Below, in pieces: positions 18,801 to 27,049 of a stretch of 64,000 bases of DNA. Location of the stretch: NCBI GenBank assembly GCA_020632075.1, contig JACKGH010000001.1, forward strand, positions 195,216 to 259,215. Reading direction: 5' to 3'. The number at the start of each line of letters is the position of its first letter. The stretch's first letter is position 1. Position numbers and translations under genes: made by a program. This stretch comes from Candidatus Nomurabacteria bacterium. GTDB lineage: Bacteria; Patescibacteriota; Minisyncoccia; Phycocordibacterales; UBA918. The notes under the pieces are model-generated. The model saw nothing but the letters and a program-made list of their open reading frames with translations. It did no database searches and was not told the DNA's origin.

Positions 18801-21800
18801 CAGCTTGAGTACGCAACTAAAACTGCAGCGTGTAACGTACTTTCAGAGTGGGTTGATGTTGGAGTGTCCGACGGTGGAGATTGGGATGTCGTTGATTCTA
18901 CACATGTCACCAACGGCGCGAACACAACCAACATCACCTCAGCCGCTTACGGTGCTCTAACTGACGAAAACAGTAGTTTCCTCTCGTCAAATGGCGGTGT
19001 ACGAGACACTTCCTCACAAACAGGTTCGCTTATCCTCTCGAGTACGCAGTTTGTTGAGCTGGAGTTTGCGATCGAGCCGACCAGTGGCGCACCACAAGGT
19101 AACACCTACTGTTTTAGGTTGAGTGATGATGGAACACCACTACCCCGATATGACGTGTATGCAGAAGGAACCATTTCGGCTGATGTCGATGTGAGTGCAA
19201 GCGGAACACAAGCTACGAGTGTGAGTTTTAACTCGGCTAATAATTACCTTGGTGGGGTCTTTGTTATTGAACGACCAGGAACAAATCGAACAGTTACAGA
19301 CATCACCATCACTGAATCAGGAACAGTTGATGGCCAGGAGGGACTTGATAACATTGAACTTTGGTACGACCTTGATACTACAGCGCCGTATGACTGTACC
19401 GGAGAGTCTTACGGTGGGGGAGAAACACAATTTGGATCGACTGACACGAATGGATTCTCTGGTTCGGACGGAACATCTCAATTTACTTCTGCTGGGGTAA
19501 ATATAAACGAAACAACCAGTATGTGTGTGTATGTGGTATACGACACCACTGCCAGTTCATCAAACGGAGAAACTATCGATATCAAGATTGCTAGTCCATC
19601 TTCTGATGTTGTGGTGACAGGTTCATCAGTTGGCCCAAGCACAGCAGTCTCTCCGACCGGTAGTACTACTATCGCCGGGCCAATACTGACACAGATGCAC
19701 TACCACTGGCGGAATGATGACGGTACTGAATCTGGGGCAACCTCAGTCAGCGGTGGGGTGGAAGATACACCGATCAGTGCAGTGCCTAAAGAGTCGATCA
19801 GACGTTTGCGACTTGAAGTGTCAAACGAAGGGACTGTTAATGCCTTGGCGACCAACTTTCGCTTGGAGTATGGTACGAAAATCACAACATGCGATGCTGT
19901 CGTGACCTGGACAGATGTTGGGGAAGTCGCTGGAGCCTGGGACATGGCCTTAAGTTCAAATATTGCTGATGGCGACACAAGCGATATTGCGCTTGGCGCT
20001 AATGGTGCGCTGACCAATGAGAATACGACTTTCGATGGAGTGGGGGCGTTGCGTGAATCTACCTCTGAGTCTGGTGCGATCACATTGACCACAACTGAAT
20101 TCACTGAACTCGAGTATTCTATCGAAGCAACGGTTGATTCAGGGTATGATACGACCTACTGTTTTAGGGTCACTGATTCTGGTACTGAGCTGCAAGGGTA
20201 TGATGTGTACGCAGAACTGACTACACGCGAGAAGCAGGATTTTTACATTCAACGGGGAGTCACTTTTGTTTCTGGCACAAGCACCACTTTAGTAGCTGGG
20301 ACTGATTACATTGCACCTTCTGCAGCAGATGCAGCATTCATCAGAATTACAAACACACAGCTTACTGGTGCGGGCCGTAGCGCCGGAAACGCGACCCAAA
20401 ATGCTGATGATGTTACAGCGTATATTGAAAACCCAGACAATATTTTAAACAACATTGTTATTGCTCGTCCTACTGGTGCTTCTGATGACACGCGTGTGGC
20501 CTGGGAAATCATCGAGTATATTGGCATTGCTGGTGGCGATAATGAAATGATCGTGCGTGATCATGGTGTTGTTTCATTGGGTACTACAGATCTGACTGCT
20601 ACTGGGGCAACTGTTTCAGGAGTTTCAAACGACAGTGATATTGTCGTGTTTGTCACTGGTCAGCTCAATACGGATACGGGCACTAATTACAGTACGGGGT
20701 TGTACACTTCTGAATGGTCTAGTTCTACTGATGAACCTGTCTTCACTCGTGGTGTTAGTGGTGACACAGGTGAGGTTAGTTATGCGGTTGTTGAATTCAC
20801 TGGTGATAACTGGAAAGTGCAGCGAATTGAACATAATTACGCGGCTGGTGGTGTAACTGAGGTCGAGTCTGTGTCAGCAGTAAACAGTCTTTCACGAGCG
20901 TTCGTCCATGCGCAAAAACGCACCTCTGAACACGGGCTCGATGAAACAGGTCATGAAGTATGGCTTTCTAGTATTGGATACCTTTCCTTTGCACTAGAAT
21001 CTGGCGTAACCAGTCCTACTAATCACTATAGTGTTGCTTGGGTAATTGAAAATACCCAAAGCAGTAATGGTGCGATGAGTGTTCAGAGATCGAATGGAGT
21101 TCTGGCACGAAATACACCTTGTGGTGGAGTAGAGCCGTGTACCGAAGTTGTTTCGATCACGGCCGTCAATGAGTCTAATGCTTCACCGTGGGTGACCAAC
21201 AGGAGTTCGGGATCAGGTACGTTGTTTCCTCGTCCAATTGTCGGAGTGCGACTGGTTAACTCGGGAACAGAGATCGAGTACTGGCGTTCCGACACTGGAC
21301 AGCCGCAAACGTACCGTACCGAGATTGTCACATGGCCAGTAGCTGAAACTGCGGTGCGACAAAATTACTATCGATTTTATGTTGATAACGACAGTCTCAC
21401 ACCAACTGATGCCTGGCCTGTGGGTGCTGAAGATCTGGGTGAGAATACCACCTTGACTGCTGCAGATGATCCGCTTGGTGAAGGAGAACGTGTGCGCATC
21501 CGAATGTCTCTAAGAATCAGTAATGCTACCCTACCGGAATTAACCAAAACTTTTAAATTACAGTATGGGCTTCAGGAAACAACCTGCTCAGCAATTAGCG
21601 CCTGGACTGATGTAGGTACGCCAGGAAGCGGAACGATCTGGCGTGGTTACAATGGAACAGAAGTTGACGGCACAGCTATTGCGACCAGCACACCTGCAGC
21701 TGGCACACTACTTCTTACTCCGTCTGATGTAGCTGGTACCTATGAGGAGCAAAATGATTCTGCAGTTAATCCTTACAAAGTGGATATTGGGGAGGATGTT

Positions 21801-22994
21801 GAGTACGACTGGGTAGTGCAGCACAACGGTGCAGCACAACGATCAGACTATTGTTTTAGAGTTGTGAATAGTGATGACAGTGAAATCGCTGGATACATCA
21901 ATTACCCAGTGATTCGCACAACAGGCTACACACCAATTGTAGCGAACTGGCGATGGTACGATGACGAAATCAATGTGACACCGTCTAGTCCACTCGATCA
22001 AGAGAATATTGCACCCACAGATATCGCAAATCAAAACACAATAAAACTGAGAGTCACTGCAGCAGAAGTTGAAAATGCAATTGGTACCAACGTCAAGTTT
22101 GCATTGCAGTACTCAGAGTACGCCGATTTCTCTGACGGCGGAACCTTCCTTACAAGCACAAGTTCCTGCGTTGAGAACTCAATCTGGTGTTACGCAGATG
22201 GAGCAGGTGTTGATGGTGATCTTGTTACAAACGCAACTCTGAGTGATGCTGACAGTTGTGTTGGTGGTGTTGGTAGCGGGTGTGGAACCCATAACGAAGC
22301 TGCAACGACTACTAGTACATTCACTCATGGAGCAAGTGCTAATGCTGAGTTTGAGTTCACGCTCAAAAACGCGGGTGCTCGGGTCAATGCAGTGTACTAC
22401 TTTAGATTATACGATGTTTCATTCGACCAGCCTCTTGTCGCTAGTTCATCATATCCATCACTCGTAGTTGAGGGCCCGACACTTGTCTCCACACTTTCGG
22501 GTGTAGATGCTGGAACCGCAATTGCTGGTATTGTGACAGATGCGACCACCACTGCGACAGCTATTGGTTTCGGGAGTGTGTCTATAGGCACTTCACAAGA
22601 GGCAGCTCAACACCTCACCATCAACACAAACGCTACAGAAGGCTACCAGCTCTTTCTCTTTGTTGATCAACAGCTTGAAAATGCATACGGTGACGAGATC
22701 AAACCTATCACAGGCACAAACGCAGCACCGGTAAGCTGGGCAACTGGATGTGTGGCAACAGCAGTTAGTTGCTTTGGCTACCATACAACTGATGCGGTCC
22801 TAGAAAATGCATCTGCCCGATTCGCACCGATCGATTCATACGCGGCGCTCAGTACCGGTGCGGCAGAAATTATGTACAGTTCTATCCCAAGCGACGACAC
22901 TCATAGTATTGTGTATAGAATGTTTGTTTCTCAATACCAACCAGCTGGTGATTACGAAGCTGCTATTAGTTACTTGGTGACTCCTGTTTTTTAG
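15855..22994 (+). CDS. Giant (2379 aa) secreted surface protein with internal repeat modules and a C-terminal divergent WxL-like domain, CscC-like
   Basis: Signal-anchor. Two ~180-aa A modules (DVEVSASGTQ...HYHWRNDDGDETD and DVDVSASGTQ...HYHWRNDDGTESG). Four ~150-aa B modules (RRLRFEVS...FQLEYATKTAACN...WVDVG...YCFRLSDDG and variants). The C-terminal 190 aa are homologous to the C-terminus of the 8100 protein, ending ISYLVTPVF. Confidence 0.8.
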   Translation: MLQWETLRVYFVNQKSRFGLYRRAASFLLVLLVFFSNVTSPLLQLLPGIIRDHAPIGPSTAFAATGDFATFRESTAGDTISQGGPPVAIKWDTTISSNANLGLQANTSDIDLADGGKYFVTYSAWAYEGTAGGTNRRTVDTYLTLNNVPLAYGRGSGYIRDNEGDTSAYANGGAIISAAAGDDLEAYIKRNDGNATAGTQLQPGVNGISVLKLPESADYLRARIAATSSSISANTSFTDVVWDTADEVDTGSFAFTPSSGNITMKGAAGTNFMITANVGLYVSGGGTTRQNYEMRLTLDGVEVPGSRVTTYLRGSDNTWYGTLAYMGIISKTSASDQTLNIEIRRESTGGATTVIQGDKAGLAIMALPDIAEVVRLTDNSGTQQPALTSKPLYFDTNDEVDASAFGHSTSANQDRVTISAAGDYLFFATAYSTTSNSDNNREPFRIDWNKTGSQQNYGGFGAFNRSNSTFSGGASGAILLNGLGTSDYVHLKYIDETTSAPENGTFNAGRVALQGIALNDNFFGLDVEVSASGTQTSAVDIPTSNTYVGGQFVVTENSGSRNVTNVTITESGTVDGANGLDNIKLYYDLDTSSPYDCASESYGGGESQFGSTDTNGFSGADGSSSFSDSVAITTTKALCLYPVMDIVAAATDGDTIELSIDNPTTDVVVTGGASIGPATTQAISGATTLRSADLTQTHYHWRNDDGDETDTVANATPTVKNTTSSGFGASTAGNDPVLTVPANAVEGDYMVVIFTTDDNNPTQTPTPPSSETWTLQESGLMPVDGTAAVSPPAAWIYTKFVSADDEANAGTKTYTWQDSAGSEEQAAQLILLNNVKGWGEFNTNLLTGNQTSINAPSVTTTETNEIVFHAAFKDNNATFTALPTGSTVVNSGWGPASDAGAALGIVYAVYPTVGATGAKTFSLASNEANGFTFSLQPTNAGGATSIEGAEDTPAIGFANGTVRRLRFEVSAEGSTSSLPTVFQLEYATKTAACNVLSEWVDVGVSDGGDWDVVDSTHVTNGANTTNITSAAYGALTDENSSFLSSNGGVRDTSSQTGSLILSSTQFVELEFAIEPTSGAPQGNTYCFRLSDDGTPLPRYDVYAEGTISADVDVSASGTQATSVSFNSANNYLGGVFVIERPGTNRTVTDITITESGTVDGQEGLDNIELWYDLDTTAPYDCTGESYGGGETQFGSTDTNGFSGSDGTSQFTSAGVNINETTSMCVYVVYDTTASSSNGETIDIKIASPSSDVVVTGSSVGPSTAVSPTGSTTIAGPILTQMHYHWRNDDGTESGATSVSGGVEDTPISAVPKESIRRLRLEVSNEGTVNALATNFRLEYGTKITTCDAVVTWTDVGEVAGAWDMALSSNIADGDTSDIALGANGALTNENTTFDGVGALRESTSESGAITLTTTEFTELEYSIEATVDSGYDTTYCFRVTDSGTELQGYDVYAELTTREKQDFYIQRGVTFVSGTSTTLVAGTDYIAPSAADAAFIRITNTQLTGAGRSAGNATQNADDVTAYIENPDNILNNIVIARPTGASDDTRVAWEIIEYIGIAGGDNEMIVRDHGVVSLGTTDLTATGATVSGVSNDSDIVVFVTGQLNTDTGTNYSTGLYTSEWSSSTDEPVFTRGVSGDTGEVSYAVVEFTGDNWKVQRIEHNYAAGGVTEVESVSAVNSLSRAFVHAQKRTSEHGLDETGHEVWLSSIGYLSFALESGVTSPTNHYSVAWVIENTQSSNGAMSVQRSNGVLARNTPCGGVEPCTEVVSITAVNESNASPWVTNRSSGSGTLFPRPIVGVRLVNSGTEIEYWRSDTGQPQTYRTEIVTWPVAETAVRQNYYRFYVDNDSLTPTDAWPVGAEDLGENTTLTAADDPLGEGERVRIRMSLRISNATLPELTKTFKLQYGLQETTCSAISAWTDVGTPGSGTIWRGYNGTEVDGTAIATSTPAAGTLLLTPSDVAGTYEEQNDSAVNPYKVDIGEDVEYDWVVQHNGAAQRSDYCFRVVNSDDSEIAGYINYPVIRTTGYTPIVANWRWYDDEINVTPSSPLDQENIAPTDIANQNTIKLRVTAAEVENAIGTNVKFALQYSEYADFSDGGTFLTSTSSCVENSIWCYADGAGVDGDLVTNATLSDADSCVGGVGSGCGTHNEAATTTSTFTHGASANAEFEFTLKNAGARVNAVYYFRLYDVSFDQPLVASSSYPSLVVEGPTLVSTLSGVDAGTAIAGIVTDATTTATAIGFGSVSIGTSQEAAQHLTINTNATEGYQLFLFVDQQLENAYGDEIKPITGTNAAPVSWATGCVATAVSCFGYHTTDAVLENASARFAPIDSYAALSTGAAEIMYSSIPSDDTHSIVYRMFVSQYQPAGDYEAAISYLVTPVF

Positions 22995-22999
22995 GTGGT

Positions 23000-24019
23000 A
23001 TGATAGAGAACATGAAAAACTTCTTGTTTACAGCGCTCTTGTTTGCACTTATGCTGCCAGCTTCATCTGTGTTTGCAGGAGAATACACGGTCCGGCCATT
23101 TTTACTCGATCACACGGCAGTGCCGCGCGACGTGATCACTGATACCGTACTGCTCACCAATGATAGTCCGATCCGGAAATATGTCATTTTCGCAACAGTA
23201 AATGAGATCTCCGTTGACAAAGAAGGCGAGATAAAGGAGTTCGTCTCGCCAGTCATGACTGATCGTTCAGTCACACTTCCGAGTTGGATCGAGGTAAAAC
23301 GCAGTCGTATCGAGATACCGCCAGGGGAACAGATCGAAGTGCCCGTCACTTTCAGGATCAGCCCAAATGCTGAGCCAGGAACATACCATGCATTCATTGG
23401 ATTTGTTCCAGCTCCAAATCGACCGACTGCCGAACGAATCGCCATGGACGGTGAAGCAGACGGAGTAGTGGTCAAGATAACCATCTCTGATCAGCGGGAG
23501 GAAAGTATGCGTATCAGCAGCTTTGAGGTGGATCGGTTTGTTACTGGCGAAAATAATCGATCGATCGATATCACGCTTGAAAACAAAGGGGATATCGCCT
23601 CAGCACCAACAGGGGAGATCATCTTTTACGACTCACGCGGCGTTGAGATCACTTCAGTTGAGGTGAACCAGGACGGAGGCACTGTTGTTGAGCCGGGTGG
23701 CACAGCAACCATTCATAGTCAAGTGCCACTTGGAGAGGGACTTGGTCGTTTCAAAGCGAACCTCACACTCGACTACGGAGAAAAGCAAACAGCTTCACTG
23801 CATGACAGCACCATATTTTACATAGTGCCACTACACCTCCTCATTATTGGACTGATCTTTGTTATCTTTGGTTCATTGCTAGTAACCTTCCTCTTCAAGC
23901 GCACTTTCATGAGTGAGGAGTTCCACGACGGGACAGATGAGGTTACAATGTATATCAAAGAAGGCCACGACGCTGATCCACATGAACATGATATCGACCT
24001 TAGTAAGCCAAAAGAATAA
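23000..24019 (+). CDS. DUF916/DUF3324-like cell-surface protein with C-terminal TM anchor (CscA-like paralog)
   Basis: Signal peptide, then WIEVKRSRIEIPPGEQIEVPVTFRISPNAEPGTYHAFIGF and LENKGDIASAPTGEIIFYDSRGVEI, then a C-terminal TM followed by FKRTF. Confidence 0.6.
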   Translation: MIENMKNFLFTALLFALMLPASSVFAGEYTVRPFLLDHTAVPRDVITDTVLLTNDSPIRKYVIFATVNEISVDKEGEIKEFVSPVMTDRSVTLPSWIEVKRSRIEIPPGEQIEVPVTFRISPNAEPGTYHAFIGFVPAPNRPTAERIAMDGEADGVVVKITISDQREESMRISSFEVDRFVTGENNRSIDITLENKGDIASAPTGEIIFYDSRGVEITSVEVNQDGGTVVEPGGTATIHSQVPLGEGLGRFKANLTLDYGEKQTASLHDSTIFYIVPLHLLIIGLIFVIFGSLLVTFLFKRTFMSEEFHDGTDEVTMYIKEGHDADPHEHDIDLSKPKE

Positions 24020-25628
24020 ACGAGGCCTTTTCACTCTTTTTGCCAGCTTCTTCTTATTGGCAGTATTTGGAGTGCCGTCAGCTAGCGCACAAGAAACCGT
24101 ATCGCTCAGTGTCTCTCCGACCATATTTGATATGTCTGCGAATCCTAGCCAGGATTGGCAGAGTAGTATTCGAGTGATCAATTCAAACCCGCAAGAGCTG
24201 CAAGTGTACTTAGATGTTGTGAACTTTGCACCAAGAGGGGAACAGGGCAATGCGCAGTTCTTACCTGTGCTCGATGGAGAAGCACAAGGAAATACGATCG
24301 CCGAATGGATCGAACTCAGCGAAACGGAGCTACTCATCCCACCCGAACAGACAGTCCAGGTGCCGTTTACAGTGCATGTTCCAGAAGACGCTGAGCCAGG
24401 TGGTCATTTTGCTGCCATTCTCGTCGGTACCAAGCCACCCAAAGGCGATAACCGAAGTAATAAAGTAGAAACTTCGCAGATCATCACCTCTCTCATGTTG
24501 CTACGAGTGAGCGGGGACGTTGAAGAAAGTGGAATCATTAGATCATTCCGCCCGACGGAATACCTATTTGATAAGCCGCAGGTTGAGTTTGAGTTGCGAT
24601 TCCAGAACACAGGCAATGTTCACTTGCTGCCCCAGGGTGAGATCCGTATTACGAATATGTGGGGACAAGAGCGCGGAGTAATACCGATCAACCGCGAAAC
24701 CCTTTTTGGAAATGTGTTGCCAGACAGTGTCAGAAAGTTTGATTTTACCTGGACTGGACAGTGGTCGATCGGAGATATTGGTCGCTATTCAGCGGTCGCA
24801 ACGCTTGCGTACGGACAAGAGGGAAGAAAGTTTGCTTCAGCAGAAACTAATTTTTGGGTAGTACCTCTAAAGGCGCTCATGATCGTATTACTCATTGTGA
24901 CGGCGTTTATTGTGATTGTTACCTGGTCCATCAAAGCATACGTGCGCAAAATGCTCTCAATGGCAGGCGTCGCTCCAGAAGGAAGGGTCCGGAGGATACA
25001 AGGTTCACCGCGAAAAGTATCAGTCGTAGCGCCGATCGAGGCGGGCATCCTAGACCTAAGCGATCGCCTAAAGACTTCGGATAGCCTTTCCGATAAACTA
25101 ACATCAGTGCGCGAATTTGTACGAGTAAACCGAACATTCTTTGTTGCAGGTACACTCATGGTAATTGGAGTGGTTCTTATTGTATGGTTCGTGCTACTTG
25201 CCTCAACCCAGGAGCGGTCGTATGAAGTGACCATAGGTACTGGTGAGCATCCAGTCACAATTACTTCTGAGGACGTAGAATATGAAGCGTTGCGCGATAG
25301 TGCCCCCGCACCACTCGGAAACGCTACTACGACAAGTGATTCGCTGCCAACCCTCCGGATAGTCAACCAAAGTAGCATTCCTGGTCTCGCCGCATCACTT
25401 CGAGTCGAGCTAGAGGCTGCGGGATACACAATCGCTGATCTCAGTACTGACCTGAATGCCGACAAAAACAACACTGTCATTGTGTATGCTCCTGAATACG
25501 CAGAGGAAGCACTTGCGCTCAGCCAGCTTATCAATGGCGCGCTCCTCTCGGCTTTTGCTGAGGCATCAGATGCAGACGTCCCAATCACGGTCTATGTCGG
25601 ACGAGATTTCGAAAATGAGGTACAATAG
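23982..25628 (+). CDS. DUF916/DUF3324-like ectodomain, TM, cytoplasmic linker, second TM, C-terminal LytR_C domain. The start is chosen at the internal ATG (MNMISTLV...); the ORF-track start 23913 overlaps the upstream gene
   Basis: Signal peptide RGLFTLFASFFLLAVFGVPSASAQE. Motifs WIELSETELLIPPEQTVQVPFTVHVPEDAEPGGHFAAILVG and FQNTGNVHLLPQGEIRITNMWGQ. C-terminal TLRIVNQSSIPGLAASLRVELEAAGYTIADLSTD...TVIVYAPEYAEEALALSQLING...ITVYVGRDF matches the LytR_C (LCP-associated) domain pattern. Confidence 0.6.
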   Translation: MNMISTLVSQKNKRGLFTLFASFFLLAVFGVPSASAQETVSLSVSPTIFDMSANPSQDWQSSIRVINSNPQELQVYLDVVNFAPRGEQGNAQFLPVLDGEAQGNTIAEWIELSETELLIPPEQTVQVPFTVHVPEDAEPGGHFAAILVGTKPPKGDNRSNKVETSQIITSLMLLRVSGDVEESGIIRSFRPTEYLFDKPQVEFELRFQNTGNVHLLPQGEIRITNMWGQERGVIPINRETLFGNVLPDSVRKFDFTWTGQWSIGDIGRYSAVATLAYGQEGRKFASAETNFWVVPLKALMIVLLIVTAFIVIVTWSIKAYVRKMLSMAGVAPEGRVRRIQGSPRKVSVVAPIEAGILDLSDRLKTSDSLSDKLTSVREFVRVNRTFFVAGTLMVIGVVLIVWFVLLASTQERSYEVTIGTGEHPVTITSEDVEYEALRDSAPAPLGNATTTSDSLPTLRIVNQSSIPGLAASLRVELEAAGYTIADLSTDLNADKNNTVIVYAPEYAEEALALSQLINGALLSAFAEASDADVPITVYVGRDFENEVQ

Positions 25629-25661
25629 AGATAGCTTATTACTCGTAATCATTTAAAAAAT

Positions 25662-26144
25662 ATGAGTCAAAAATCTATCGTTCTCATTGTGACACTCTTT
25701 GTGCTTATTGTTGTAGGTATGTTCATCTTTGCAAATCTCAAAAAGGGGGAACTCCAACAACCACTAGACACACCAACAGTCACTGAAGAACCAGCATCAG
25801 TACCATATCCTGATATCACTCGGATCGATGCGAAGCATTATTTCATTGATGGAGTACACACCCTAGTGGGAGAGATTGTTTTCCCGACACCATGTGATCT
25901 GCTTGAGACATCTGCCATGGTCATGGAATCATACCCAGAGCAAGTAGATGTTGACTTTGACGTTATTAACAATGCTGACACCTGCGCGCAAGTACTGACG
26001 CCACAGCGATTCAAGGTTTCGTTTACCGCTTCTGATGCAGCTGAGATCAGCGCACACTTTATGGATCGCCACATTGAACTCAATCTGATCCCAGCAGCAG
26101 AAGGTGAAAACCCAGACGAGTTTGAATTGTTTATTAAGGGCTAA
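25662..26144 (+). CDS. Hypothetical N-terminally anchored secreted protein
   Basis: N-terminal TM. No family recognised. Confidence 0.5.
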   Translation: MSQKSIVLIVTLFVLIVVGMFIFANLKKGELQQPLDTPTVTEEPASVPYPDITRIDAKHYFIDGVHTLVGEIVFPTPCDLLETSAMVMESYPEQVDVDFDVINNADTCAQVLTPQRFKVSFTASDAAEISAHFMDRHIELNLIPAAEGENPDEFELFIKG

Positions 26145-26149
26145 TTTTT

Positions 26150-26698
26150 ATGAAAAAGGACGGGATTGTAACACTAGCAATAATGCTTATCGTTGTCTTA
26201 CTTTTAGCCAGCGCTGTTTGGTACGTCAGTAGTAAAAATAAAACGAGTAAAACAATCCCCACCCCAGCTGAACGATCGCTTTCATCTGCTGGTTATGCTC
26301 CATACACTGATCTAGACGGCAATCAAGTTCTTCTTACTGATTTCTTGGGTCGTACTTTGGTAGTGACTGTTTGGGCAAGCTGGTGTCCTGAATGTCGCAC
26401 TGACCTCACTTTATTTAACAGGATCTCACAAAATTATGATCTTGAAGAGGTAGTCTTTCTGGCAATTAATAGAGCTGAGCCCAAAGCAACAGCGCGTGCG
26501 TTTCTTGATACATTTAAACTGGCAGGGGATGTTATCTATATTTTAGACCCTGATGACCACTTCTACCATTCAACTGATTCATTCTCTATGCCAGAAACAA
26601 TCATTTTCAGCCCTAATGGAAATGAGGTGTATAGAAAAAGAGGTCGAATTAATGCTTCTGAACTGCAAGGAAAATTGCAAGAAAACACTGGAAATTAA
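26150..26698 (+). CDS. TlpA/ResA-like membrane-anchored thiol-disulfide oxidoreductase (thioredoxin fold)
   Basis: N-terminal TM. CxxC active site in VVTVWASWCPECRTDL. Confidence 0.7.
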   Translation: MKKDGIVTLAIMLIVVLLLASAVWYVSSKNKTSKTIPTPAERSLSSAGYAPYTDLDGNQVLLTDFLGRTLVVTVWASWCPECRTDLTLFNRISQNYDLEEVVFLAINRAEPKATARAFLDTFKLAGDVIYILDPDDHFYHSTDSFSMPETIIFSPNGNEVYRKRGRINASELQGKLQENTGN

Positions 26699-26789
26699 GG
26701 TCTTTACAGAATCAATTTTCTAGTTTATTATTTAAGAAGTAGAGATCGACTGCCTTTGCGACCCATCCATATGTAGTGGAGCCTCGTCG

Positions 26790-26981
26790 ATGAGGTTTCG
26801 GTTCGCAACACAGAACGATATGTTCAAAGCAATTGGTCTCTTGATCCTCTTATGGGGATTATCGCAGTTCTTCGGATCTGCATTTGCAGCTTTAGACAGC
26901 GCTGCTCGTGAATCGTTCAAAACGATCGAGATGGCAGCGATAGTGTCACAACAACAGCTACAAACACAGCTCCAGAATTAA
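26790..26981 (+). CDS. Small hypothetical protein (63 aa) with one hydrophobic segment
   Basis: The ORF ends 5 nt before a strong terminator. There is no other coding explanation for the 290-nt gap. Confidence 0.3.
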   Translation: MRFRFATQNDMFKAIGLLILLWGLSQFFGSAFAALDSAARESFKTIEMAAIVSQQQLQTQLQN

Positions 26982-26985
26982 CCGA

Positions 26986-27017
26986 AAAGCCGGCTTCTAC
27001 CCAGATGCCGGCTTTTT
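26986..27017 (+). terminator. Rho-independent terminator (GCCGGC...GCCGGC, then TTTTT)
   Basis: AAAGCCGGCTTCTACCCAGATGCCGGCTTTTT. Confidence 0.75.
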
Positions 27018-27049
27018 AAATTTCAAAACTAATAGGGTATACTAGAAGC

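Noticed and set aside
15855-22994. Numerous 60-130-aa ORFs on both strands inside the giant gene (for example 18458-18778 minus, 19700-20104 minus, 20635-20856 plus).
   Set aside because: All are embedded in a continuous 7.1-kb reading frame with clear protein-level repeat structure. They are overlapping-frame noise.
23913-23981. Track start (23913) of the third DUF916-like gene.
   Set aside because: It would overlap the upstream gene by 107 nt and place 23 non-signal residues before the signal peptide. The internal ATG at ~23982 gives a normal signal peptide and a ~35-nt overlap.
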